This document shows, one piece after another, positions 9,547 through 17,921 of a DNA stretch of 61,627 nt; position 1 is the first letter of the stretch, and every line of letters starts with the position of its first letter. The DNA comes from Deltaproteobacteria bacterium (GTDB lineage: Bacteria; Desulfobacterota_D; UBA1144; Nemesobacterales; CSP1-2), in NCBI GenBank assembly GCA_052390235.1, contig JBQTHB010000009.1, forward strand, positions 1 through 61,627, given 5' to 3'. A model generated the notes under the pieces. It saw only the letters and a list, made by a program, of their open reading frames with translations. It was not told the origin of the DNA and searched no databases. Position numbers and translations under genes: made by a program.

Positions 9547-10395
9547 CTACTTTGAATACAGCTTCTGCGCGTTCTCCCAGAATATATTATTTTTTAGCTC
9601 CTCGGAAATTTTCGCCCCCTCGATTTTCCAATACTCAGACGGAAAATCGCTCCACGGCGTATCCGAGCCGAACACGACGTTGTCCCAGCCGACCCCCGTG
9701 CGCTGAACCTCATGGAGAAGCCACCGCGAGCCGAACCCCACTGCCCAGGTGGTGTCCGTATAGACCTTATACCCGTCTTGAATAAGCTCGATGAATTTTG
9801 GCACGAGCTTTATATGGCCGCTCACGAAGCCGCCCATGTGAACGAGGTGAATTTTCACCTTTTTCCCGTACTCCTTCACGAGTTCTATGGCGTTAGATAT
9901 GTCCGAGCCTCCGCCGGGGCTGGTGTGAATATGAAGGACGAGGTTGTTTTCCTCAGCCGCCTTCATGATGGAGTCCCAAAGCGCCCTTGAGGGTTCGTCC
10001 CAATCGGAGGGTTTATAGGTTCCGCCAAGAAGGCAGGTGGTCTTGAGAGCGACGATGCCCTTTTCTTTTACGTGCTTCAGGGTCTCTTCGGTTCTCTCTT
10101 TATCCTTAGGCATCCCGGAAACCCACAGCGCGCCGACGATGCGGTCGGCTTTATGGACGGTGTCAAGCACGAGGGGGTTTAGGCTGAAGGGCTGGGCTGA
10201 GTCCGGCACGCCGTAGTTCGATATGACCAAGGCGCGGTCAATCCTGTACTCATCCATGTGTTGTTCGGTGTATTCCCTGCCCGTGGGGTATTCTATCACT
10301 GTAGGTTTTACGGGTTCTTTGAGGTCGTAGAACTTATACGCCGCAAGCTCGCCGATGTGAGTGTGAGCGTCGAAAATTTTCCTCGTTATTTTCAT
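9547..10395 (-). CDS. Metal-dependent amidohydrolase (Amidohydro_2 family)
   Basis: DAHTH, LHIH, LVHMG, FGSDTPW and IFWENAQKLY motifs. Confidence 0.9.
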   Translation of the reverse strand: MKITRKIFDAHTHIGELAAYKFYDLKEPVKPTVIEYPTGREYTEQHMDEYRIDRALVISNYGVPDSAQPFSLNPLVLDTVHKADRIVGALWVSGMPKDKERTEETLKHVKEKGIVALKTTCLLGGTYKPSDWDEPSRALWDSIMKAAEENNLVLHIHTSPGGGSDISNAIELVKEYGKKVKIHLVHMGGFVSGHIKLVPKFIELIQDGYKVYTDTTWAVGFGSRWLLHEVQRTGVGWDNVVFGSDTPWSDFPSEYWKIEGAKISEELKNNIFWENAQKLYSK

Positions 10396-10605
10396 TAATG
10401 CGCTACCTCCGCCGATATATTTTTACAACTCTCGCGCAATGCGCCGATTCTATATTTTAAAAACACCTCTCCTTGACGTTTTAGAGAGTGCAATTTATAT
10501 ACCGCCCCGCAACGGGCTTTTTACCCCACTCCGCCGCAAGTCCGTGCCTAATCCCTGGGCAACCCCTGAAATAAATAGGCATATTGCCGCCCTCGCAATT
10601 CTCAA

Positions 10606-11544
10606 TCACTGCACTATCTGCGTTCCCCCATCCCCCCGGATAGCCGCCTCAATTCCCTCGAGCGATGTTATTACGGCTCTCTTCCCGCCGGAATCAATAA
10701 AATTTATTGCCGCCTCAATCTTGGGCCCCATGCTCCCCGGAGGGAAATGCCCCTCGGCAAAATAGGTCTTAATCTCCCCCACCGACACCTTCCCCAGGCT
10801 CTTCTGGCGCGGAGTGCCGTAGTGAACCGAAACCCGCTCGACCGAGGTAACCAAAAAGAGCATCTCCGCCCCAATTAGACTGGCAAGCCTCTCGGCGGCG
10901 TAGTCTTTGTCAATCACGGCGGCGACCCCTTTGAGCCTCCCCCGCCCATCCCGAACAACCGGTATTCCGCCCCCGCCGCAGGCGATGACGATGGAGTTTC
11001 TACGGGCGAGGTCCAAAATTTCGTCCTTCTCGATGATATCAACCGGCTTCGGAGACGGCACTACCCGCCGCCAACCCCTGCCGGAATCCTCTTTCATTCT
11101 CCATCCGCGCTCACGCTGAAGGGCGTTGCTCTCGTCCTCCTGAAAAAACGCGCCGATGAATTTCGTAGGATTTCCAAACGCCCGGTCATCGCCAGAGACT
11201 ACGACCTGAGTTATCAGCGATACGACGGATTTATTAATACTGCGGCGCGTGAGAGTGTTTCTCAGGGTTTGAGCTACCATATAGCCGATTTGCCCCTGAG
11301 TCATCGCCCCGCACACATCTAGCGGAGACGGGGGAATATCCGCTGCAAGGGATTCTTGCTGTATCAGGAGATTGCCGACCTGAGGGCCATTGCCGTGAGT
11401 GATTACGATTTCATAGCCCACATCGAAGAGGCGTATTATCCTCTCGCACATCATCTCGGCTTTTTGAGACTGCTCAAGGTAACCGCTCTTTCCACTGAAA
11501 TCCATAAGGGCGTTTCCGCCGAATGCGACCACAGCAACCTTCAT
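10606..11544 (-). CDS. arcC: Carbamate kinase
   Basis: VAFGGNAL, THGNGPQVG, PTKFIG, GWRRVVPSP, CGGGGIPV, AVIDKD and GSMGPK motifs. Confidence 0.96.
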   Translation of the reverse strand: MKVAVVAFGGNALMDFSGKSGYLEQSQKAEMMCERIIRLFDVGYEIVITHGNGPQVGNLLIQQESLAADIPPSPLDVCGAMTQGQIGYMVAQTLRNTLTRRSINKSVVSLITQVVVSGDDRAFGNPTKFIGAFFQEDESNALQRERGWRMKEDSGRGWRRVVPSPKPVDIIEKDEILDLARRNSIVIACGGGGIPVVRDGRGRLKGVAAVIDKDYAAERLASLIGAEMLFLVTSVERVSVHYGTPRQKSLGKVSVGEIKTYFAEGHFPPGSMGPKIEAAINFIDSGGKRAVITSLEGIEAAIRGDGGTQIVQ

Positions 11545-11581
11545 CGCCCATCCTCCATACTTTCATGAGAGATTTCAAATC

Positions 11582-13156
11582 TCAACGCGGGAGCTGGCGC
11601 TTCCCTCTGCCGAGCGCTATCTGTCCCGCCGCGCGCGAAGCCTGAGCGTTGGTGGGAAATGTTAACACCCCTTCTCTTTGCAATTTCTCTTCCTGCGCCT
11701 CCAAACCCTGCGGGTCTCGGTCGGTGCCGCAAACATGGGCTACAAAAGCGAGGGGGCGACGCCTGCGCGACGCGATTTTCCTCGCCTCTCGAATGGCGGG
11801 AACTAGGTCTGCGGCAGGGTCCGCGCTCGCCACATATCCAAGCACCACATCGAGCAAAATCACGGCGACTTTAGGGTCGCGGGCCTCTCGTATCAGCCTC
11901 TCGGCTCTCTGCGATGCGTCTATCATCGGGTGCGGGCGTCCTTTGGTGAATTCCTCCTCGCCCATGTCAACGCAGGTGTGGCGCTTGCTTTTATGGCTGT
12001 CTGCAAGCTGCATCGCTTTGTCGAGCGGGGCGTTTGAATACACCGCGCCGAGAATGGGGGCAAGCTCCTGCTGGGCTTCATAGCAGAGAGTGCCGCCTGC
12101 AAATAGTCCGCGCAGGTAAATTTGTCCGGGTATTGGGGGTTCGACTAGATTTCCGCCCCGCGGGACGCGGCGTTTTTTGGGAGAGATGTCAAAAGAAGGC
12201 TGCCGCCCCTGGTTAAGTAGTCTGAGCGTTTCGAGCGCCGCTTCCTCAAGGCTGGAGGCGAATTTTATTTTTGGGTCGGGGCAGGAGAGCTTTTTCCCAA
12301 GAAAGCAGACTACTGCCGGTTTCCCACCCCCGGCAATTGCGTCAATCAGCCGCGCCGCGACTTTATCGGATGGCGGCTTAGATACCAAGAGTAAAATCTC
12401 GGTTGAGACATCCCGCTGAAGCATCCCTATCGCCTGAGCCGCCATTATGCCCCCTACCCTTTCGGATAAATCCCTCCCGCCCACGCCTATTGCGTGAGAG
12501 ATGCCTGAGCCGAGATTATGTATCAGGGATGAGACCTCCTGCATCCCCGTTCCGGCGGCGGCGATGATTCCCACGGGACCGCGCCGCACTACATTTGCAA
12601 ACCCAAGCCCCACCCCCCCTATTATCGCCGTGCCGCACCCCGGGCCCATGACCAAAAGCCCCCTTGCCGACGCCCGCTCCTTAAGCTCAACCTCTTCTTC
12701 AACGCTCAGATTATCGCTAAACAGAAACGTGTGAAGCCCGCGCTCAATGGCCTTTGCCACTTCGAGCTTTGCGTACTCGCCGGGGAGGGAGACAACGGCG
12801 ATATTCGCTTGAGGCAGGGCTTTTATGGCGGCATCGAAGGTCGCATATCTCATTTCGCCGGATTTGGCGGATTTAGGAGTATCAAGTAGGGAATCGAGCT
12901 TTTCCATTGCCCCCTGCGCCGCCTGCTCGGATTCGGCTTCGATTGCCACGACCATATCGCCTGCGTTCGCCGAGATAGCCCCCTCGCCGATAAGCCCCGC
13001 GTCGCGGAGCATCCGCAAATTTGCCTCCGTAGCCATGATGGCAGAGGCTTTTCGCACCCCCGAAAGCGCGCCGAGCTTGCGGCTTATCTGCATGAGCTTC
13101 ATTGAATCCTGATAGCTGTTTTTTCTAATAGCCGTGATTAAAGCCAACCGAGACAC
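11582..13156 (-). CDS. fdrA: Acyl-CoA synthetase-like FdrA (AllF family)
   Basis: YQDSMKLM, FLFSDN, VMGPGCGT, GVGGRDLS, RGLFAGGTLCYEA, GRPHPMID and CGTDRDPQ motifs. Confidence 0.93.
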   Translation of the reverse strand: MSRLALITAIRKNSYQDSMKLMQISRKLGALSGVRKASAIMATEANLRMLRDAGLIGEGAISANAGDMVVAIEAESEQAAQGAMEKLDSLLDTPKSAKSGEMRYATFDAAIKALPQANIAVVSLPGEYAKLEVAKAIERGLHTFLFSDNLSVEEEVELKERASARGLLVMGPGCGTAIIGGVGLGFANVVRRGPVGIIAAAGTGMQEVSSLIHNLGSGISHAIGVGGRDLSERVGGIMAAQAIGMLQRDVSTEILLLVSKPPSDKVAARLIDAIAGGGKPAVVCFLGKKLSCPDPKIKFASSLEEAALETLRLLNQGRQPSFDISPKKRRVPRGGNLVEPPIPGQIYLRGLFAGGTLCYEAQQELAPILGAVYSNAPLDKAMQLADSHKSKRHTCVDMGEEEFTKGRPHPMIDASQRAERLIREARDPKVAVILLDVVLGYVASADPAADLVPAIREARKIASRRRRPLAFVAHVCGTDRDPQGLEAQEEKLQREGVLTFPTNAQASRAAGQIALGRGKRQLPR

Positions 13157-13176
13157 CCCAATATTCGATATTTAAC

Positions 13177-14517
13177 TTAACTGCCCGATAATTTATACCT
13201 ATCTGCAAACGCCGCGAGCCCCAAGGCGAAACACTCATAAGGGGCTTGGACAATCCCCGCGCCTATTTGCCCCGCCCCTGAGCTTCTATGCACCACCGCG
13301 CTGTTTATGCTCGGCAGCACTCCGGTCTCAACCACGCGGCGAATGTCAATCCCAGTGGGAGTCCCCTCGAAATTGAGAACTGGAATAGCGAATTTTGAAT
13401 TCCTAGCCAGAGTGATAAATCCCATCTGTCGGGTTATATTGGCCGCATCTTCAAATCCCCCCCCCGCGAACGAAGCCATAGCCGGAGCGGCGGCAATGGC
13501 AAATCCGCCAAGTCCCATGGTTTCGATAATAGAGCTGTCGCCAATATCCGGCGCGCCTGCCTCGGGCCCATAGCCGGGGTTGTAGAGGGCGTCGAGCAGG
13601 TACGGGGCGGGCGCAACGAACCACCTATCGCCCAGACCGCTCACGCGGATGCCGAAATCCGTGCCGTTCCTCGTCATAGCCGTAACAACTGTGGAGTGTT
13701 CGATACCGCGCGCCGCGTCCATAGCTAATTTGCAGGCGGTCATCGTGAAATTGAGGAAAAAATGGCTGTTGCCGGCGATGAAGCGATAGACAGACGAAGC
13801 AACGTCCTGGGGAAGGTCAATGGAGAAAATCGCCTCCGACACCATGCGCAGAAATATATTCGTGGAAGCGGCATGGCGGTTGTGGCACTCATCTCCCATC
13901 TGAATTCCCTGAGCAAGGACGCTCCAGATGGGAATTGCGCCGGTCTTTGAGAGCGCCTTTTTCATTGCCGGAGCGAATGTATCCCGCATCCAGCGAAGGC
14001 GCGTAATTGTCTCTACCCCCACGGAGCCGAACCAAAGCGCCCTGCCTCCGCCCTCGTTAAACGTGGAGCAGGCGGTTGCGCCGTAAGTTGCGTCTCTCGA
14101 CACGATGACGGGCATAGAAGCCGAGATGACCCCCGTCATAGGGGCTACGGAGTTATGGTGGTGATTTGGCGAGAGCGCTATCCCCCCAGATAGGATTACG
14201 TTCTGGGCTTCGGCGTCAGATTCGGCAATTCCCTCGAATATTACCGCCCCTCGGACGGCTCTTTGCTGCGCGTCGCACATACGCTCCCATTTAACCGGAG
14301 GGCCGGAGTGGAGAATTGTCGCAGGGGTCATCCCCTCGATGGCGTTTATCGCCGTATCCACCCCCACAAACGCCGGCTCTACCGATAAGATCCGCTCCAA
14401 GGCAAGGCGATTTGCCTCCCGCACACGCTCGCCTAAGTATTTCATCGCCCCAGTTGCTGCAGCCGTTTTCTCGTTCATTTTGCGTATCTGTCCAGTTTTA
14501 TTGAGGGGAGACGGCAA
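13177..14517 (-). CDS. DUF1116 protein (YlbE/AllG/YahG family); start uncertain
   Basis: LHSGPP, MGDECHNR, HFFLN, RNGTDFGIR, DIGDSSIIET and GQIGAG motifs. Confidence 0.92.
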   Translation of the reverse strand: MPSPLNKTGQIRKMNEKTAAATGAMKYLGERVREANRLALERILSVEPAFVGVDTAINAIEGMTPATILHSGPPVKWERMCDAQQRAVRGAVIFEGIAESDAEAQNVILSGGIALSPNHHHNSVAPMTGVISASMPVIVSRDATYGATACSTFNEGGGRALWFGSVGVETITRLRWMRDTFAPAMKKALSKTGAIPIWSVLAQGIQMGDECHNRHAASTNIFLRMVSEAIFSIDLPQDVASSVYRFIAGNSHFFLNFTMTACKLAMDAARGIEHSTVVTAMTRNGTDFGIRVSGLGDRWFVAPAPYLLDALYNPGYGPEAGAPDIGDSSIIETMGLGGFAIAAAPAMASFAGGGFEDAANITRQMGFITLARNSKFAIPVLNFEGTPTGIDIRRVVETGVLPSINSAVVHRSSGAGQIGAGIVQAPYECFALGLAAFADRYKLSGS

Positions 14518-15085
14518 GCACCCAGATGAGTTTTGCCTGCGTGTCTCCGATATTTCTCCAGCTATGCTCGAGGTGAGTCCTGAAGTGAAGGCTGTCGCCC
14601 GCGCTTAGGACATAGGTTTTATCCTCGATGCGGTACTCCATTTTGCCCTGAAGGCAGTAGATGAGCTCCTCGCCCTGATGCGCCATCGGTTTTTTTCCGC
14701 TCGACGCCCCTATTTCGACAACCGAATAGGCGGCTGTCATGAGGAAATCCCCGTACTTTTTTGCCGAAATTCCCTGGAGGTCAAGCCCTTTTTTAAACGT
14801 GAAGATAGCCTCGCGGTTTGCCGCCGGCACGAACACCGCGTCCTGGGCAGTTTCGTCCTCTTCGAGGAAGTAGCTCACTTTTTTGCCAAGCGCGTCCGCT
14901 ATTTTCATCATCGTCGTAATTGTGGGGATGATACCGTTGGACTCGATTTTATGAATCCCCGCGGCAGAGATGCCGGATTTCTTAGCCAAATCCTGAAGAG
15001 ACCAGCCCTTCTCGGTTCTGATGCCCTTTATCTTCTGCGCAAGCCTAGAGACGATTTTATCAAGTTGCTGGCGCTCTTCCGTCAT
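14498..15085 (-). CDS. XRE-family HTH + cupin transcriptional regulator
   Basis: N-term WSLQDLAKKSGIS...KIE; C-term HQGEELIYCLQG...GDSLHF...H cupin. Confidence 0.93.
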   Translation of the reverse strand: MTEERQQLDKIVSRLAQKIKGIRTEKGWSLQDLAKKSGISAAGIHKIESNGIIPTITTMMKIADALGKKVSYFLEEDETAQDAVFVPAANREAIFTFKKGLDLQGISAKKYGDFLMTAAYSVVEIGASSGKKPMAHQGEELIYCLQGKMEYRIEDKTYVLSAGDSLHFRTHLEHSWRNIGDTQAKLIWVLAVSPQ

Positions 15086-15086
15086 T

Positions 15087-16136
15087 TTATTCTCGCCCTT
15101 CCCCGCCGGCTGGCGATTTTATTTCAACAGCTCCGTCGAATAGCCCCGCTCCCCCTGTACGCGTCGGCGCGAGGTCTGCATTTATCCCGATGAGAGGCTC
15201 TGCCGTAAAATCCCAAAAAACCGCTCTTTCCCCGCAGTCCCGCACAAAATAGACTCGCCTCTGCTCCGTAACCCTCCCGATGACCTCCGACACTAGCCCA
15301 AATTCATGGAATCTGCTCCTGACCCGTTCGGTGAGGGATGGCCGGAGCGATAAAATAAAACCGTAGCTTGGAAAAGCGAGAAGCCAGATGGCAAGCGGCA
15401 GTTCCTTCGGCGAGGGGATTTTGTCAATATAGATCTCCGCCCCCCTGCCGGAGCATTCAAGCAACATCAGCGTCGTGCCGGCAATCCCCGCCATACTCAC
15501 GTCCTTGGCCGCGTCGGCAAGCCCTTGTTCGGCTATCTGAGGGAAAAGCTCCAGGTGGCATCGAGCATCGGCGTCGCTCAAGGCGCTTGAGGAATCCCAG
15601 AAATTAAAACTCGAATAATAACTGCCGTTGAAATTCGAGACATAGACCAGGTCATCGTCAACCTGAGCCGCAAAGCTCGACAGCAGGCGCGATGCCTCGC
15701 CCAAAATAGCGACGGCAAGCGAAGAGCATCCCCCAGTATCCTGCGTAAGATGCCCTCCGACCAACGGAACTCCGTATCGAGAGGCGTTGTCTCTAATCCC
15801 TCGCAGAGCCTCACTTGCCTCACCGTCGCCTGAGGTAAATAGCACATCCACCAGAGCAATGGGTCTGCCTCCCATGGCGTATATGTCGCTTATGTTTGTG
15901 AGAACCGAGGTGCGTCCTGCGAGATAAGGATTTGATTTGAGGAGCGGCGGATAAACCCCCTCGGCGGCAAGCAGGAGGTAGCGGTCTTGGGTTTTGATTG
16001 CGGCGGCGTCGTCTCCGAGGAGGATTTCGGAGTGTTCATATTGAGCCGCGCGCGGCAGAACGCGCCAGAGGTCTTGGAGCTTCATTTTGTGGGATATGCG
16101 AGGGGACGCCCGCAGAGAGGAAATCAGGTTCTGCAT
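15087..16136 (-). CDS. Sll0787 family AIR synthase-like protein (PurM/SelD/HypE superfamily)
   Basis: LGDDAAAI, NISDIYAMGGRP, VGGH, AAKDVSMAG and WLLAFPSYGF motifs. Confidence 0.9.
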   Translation of the reverse strand: MQNLISSLRASPRISHKMKLQDLWRVLPRAAQYEHSEILLGDDAAAIKTQDRYLLLAAEGVYPPLLKSNPYLAGRTSVLTNISDIYAMGGRPIALVDVLFTSGDGEASEALRGIRDNASRYGVPLVGGHLTQDTGGCSSLAVAILGEASRLLSSFAAQVDDDLVYVSNFNGSYYSSFNFWDSSSALSDADARCHLELFPQIAEQGLADAAKDVSMAGIAGTTLMLLECSGRGAEIYIDKIPSPKELPLAIWLLAFPSYGFILSLRPSLTERVRSRFHEFGLVSEVIGRVTEQRRVYFVRDCGERAVFWDFTAEPLIGINADLAPTRTGGAGLFDGAVEIKSPAGGEGRE

Positions 16137-16168
16137 TGACACTCCTAAACCGTTGCACCTTGCGATAT

Positions 16169-16624
16169 TTAGCCGGAGTCCAAATCCGCTTTCATGAGTT
16201 GATGCCAAAGCCCATGATAGTCAATAAGCTCTCCTACTTTTGCCCATCCGAGCCTCTCAAAAAACCTCACGTTCTGGGGCTGGACGTAGGCTAAGAAGGT
16301 TTTGCAGTTTCTCTCCTTTACCGATTTAACCGCGAGCTTAACCAGGTTGGGGGCAACGCGACCGTTTCTGTAGCCCGGAAGCGAGCCGAGCCGCCCGCCT
16401 ATCCAGATGTCGCCCTCTTTTCTGTAGCACCGCACGACGCCCACGACCTTCTGCGCCGCCCTGTCAAGGGCTATGATATGCACGGCTACGGGGTCGTAGG
16501 AGTCAACATCGGTATCGGCAAAGATTTTCTGCTCCGAAACAAATATCTGACTGCGGAGATGAAAGTACTGTTTCAGTTCGTCTTCGGTATCGGCAATTTT
16601 AAATATGAAGTTTTGAGCTGTAAC
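16169..16624 (-). CDS. MSMEG_0567/Sll0786 family GNAT N-acetyltransferase; no canonical start codon in frame
   Basis: Frame open from 16633 with FIFKIADTEDELKQYFHLRSQIFVSEQKIF...WIGGRLG...FLAYVQPQNVRFFERLGW; homology extends about 45 codons upstream of the GTG at 16483. Confidence 0.85.
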   Translation of the reverse strand, partial: VTAQNFIFKIADTEDELKQYFHLRSQIFVSEQKIFADTDVDSYDPVAVHIIALDRAAQKVVGVVRCYRKEGDIWIGGRLGSLPGYRNGRVAPNLVKLAVKSVKERNCKTFLAYVQPQNVRFFERLGWAKVGELIDYHGLWHQLMKADLDSG

Positions 16625-16656
16625 AGTACACCCTCAAAATATTTACTATAATTTAC

Positions 16657-16685
16657 ATCCTATATACTATGGTAGATATTGTCAA
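16657..16685 (-). promoter_or_regulatory. Sigma70-type promoter of the Nit1C-like/FdrA cluster
   Basis: TTGACA-17 nt-TAGGAT on the minus strand just upstream of the GNAT gene. Confidence 0.6.
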
Positions 16686-16794
16686 GGGGAAATATCTCGC
16701 CCGCAATAATTTTTTCGGACATGAATAAAATTGAAATATCTTGGCTATTTTGGGCGGAAATCACAATAAAACGCCGTGAGATAGATCAATAAAC

Positions 16795-16816
16795 TACTGG
16801 AGTATCTACTGGAGTA
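16795..16816 (+). promoter_or_regulatory. Tandem TACTGGAGTA operator-like repeat upstream of HTH-parA-rep
   Basis: aaacTACTGGAGTAtcTACTGGAGTAgttt; same 10-mer and 12-bp period as the repeats inside rep. Confidence 0.7.
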
Positions 16817-16937
16817 GTTTAGCAAATTTATAGAATGCGCCCAGAAGTAACAAATAGCTTAAAAACTCTGGTTGACTTTGATTTGTATGTATGATAGTTC
16901 TTCTAAAAATCCATCAAACTATGGAACGGTATGGTTT

Positions 16938-17138
16938 ATGATTAAACTCTTATATAAAACTCAGGAAGTAGCTAACATTGTCGGAGTAAGCAAAAAAACT
17001 ATCTTTAACTGGCTTGAAGCCGGCAAAATACCTGAGCCTAGAAGAAACGAAAAAAACAACTACCGCGAGTGGACAGTCCACGACATAGCCTTTGTCCAGT
17101 CCATAAAAAACCGCCTGCTGCTCGGGAGCAATAATTAG
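16938..17138 (+). CDS. Small MerR/excisionase-like HTH DNA-binding protein
   Basis: YKTQEVANIVGVSKKTIFNWLEAGKIPEPRRNEKNNYREWT; 2 nt before the parA start. Confidence 0.85.
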   Translation: MIKLLYKTQEVANIVGVSKKTIFNWLEAGKIPEPRRNEKNNYREWTVHDIAFVQSIKNRLLLGSNN

Positions 17139-17140
17139 CC

Positions 17141-17920
17141 ATGTTTAAAATCACGGTTGCGAACCAAAAAGGCGGTGTCGGGAAAACCACATCGGTGCTG
17201 AACATAAGCGCCGCAATGGCTGAGCTAGGGAGAAAAGTCCTTATGGTTGACACCGACGCTCAGGGGAGTCTCGCAACGATACTGAACATTAAATCCAAGG
17301 ACACGCTCTATAATTTGCTCATCGAAGGGGTGAAATTCGACGAGTGCGTGGTTAAAGTGCGCCCCAACATAGATTGCATATTTTCCGACAAGCGCACGGA
17401 GATTGCCGAGATGCAGCTCGTTCCCGTTATGGGGAGAGAAAAAGCCCTTTCTGAGCGCATGGAGGGGATTGACGGATACGATATATGTTTCGTTGACTGC
17501 GCGCCGTCGCTGTCGCTCCTTCAGACCAATGCCGTTATCTACACTCGGTATCTAATACTGCCGATTTCGATGGACAGCTTAGCTATAGCCGGAGCGTCTC
17601 ATGTGCAGGAGACCTTTACGCTGCTTAAAAAATATTTCGAGGTCATCCCAATTATCCTAGGCATACTCCCCACGTTTGTTGACGCGAGGCTCACGCTCAC
17701 GGACCAAGTGCTGGCTACGATTCAAGAGGTTTGGGGCAATACTAACACTTTGATTCTCCCCCCAGTGCGAATTGACACCAACCTAGCCAAAGCCAACAGG
17801 TATCACCAGAGCATTTTTGAATACTCCCCTCAGTCCAGAGCCGCAGAGGATTATCTCAAGGTTGCCGAAACAATTCTCAGGTTTATCGAAAAGCAACAAT
17901 CAAAGAGAGGGGGGAAATAG
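17141..17920 (+). CDS. parA: ParA/Soj family partition ATPase
   Basis: NQKGGVGKTT deviant Walker A, DTDAQG, VDCAPS and SRAAEDY motifs. Confidence 0.96.
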   Translation: MFKITVANQKGGVGKTTSVLNISAAMAELGRKVLMVDTDAQGSLATILNIKSKDTLYNLLIEGVKFDECVVKVRPNIDCIFSDKRTEIAEMQLVPVMGREKALSERMEGIDGYDICFVDCAPSLSLLQTNAVIYTRYLILPISMDSLAIAGASHVQETFTLLKKYFEVIPIILGILPTFVDARLTLTDQVLATIQEVWGNTNTLILPPVRIDTNLAKANRYHQSIFEYSPQSRAAEDYLKVAETILRFIEKQQSKRGGK

Positions 17921-17921
17921 C

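Noticed and set aside
300..16300. Numerous plus-strand ORFs of 60-220 aa (e.g. 326-922, 9047-9706, 14678-15193)
   Set aside because: Antisense shadows of well-supported minus-strand genes in GC-rich DNA.
17817..17921. TTG start of rep overlapping parA
   Set aside because: GTG at 17922 directly follows the parA stop and a purine-rich SD.
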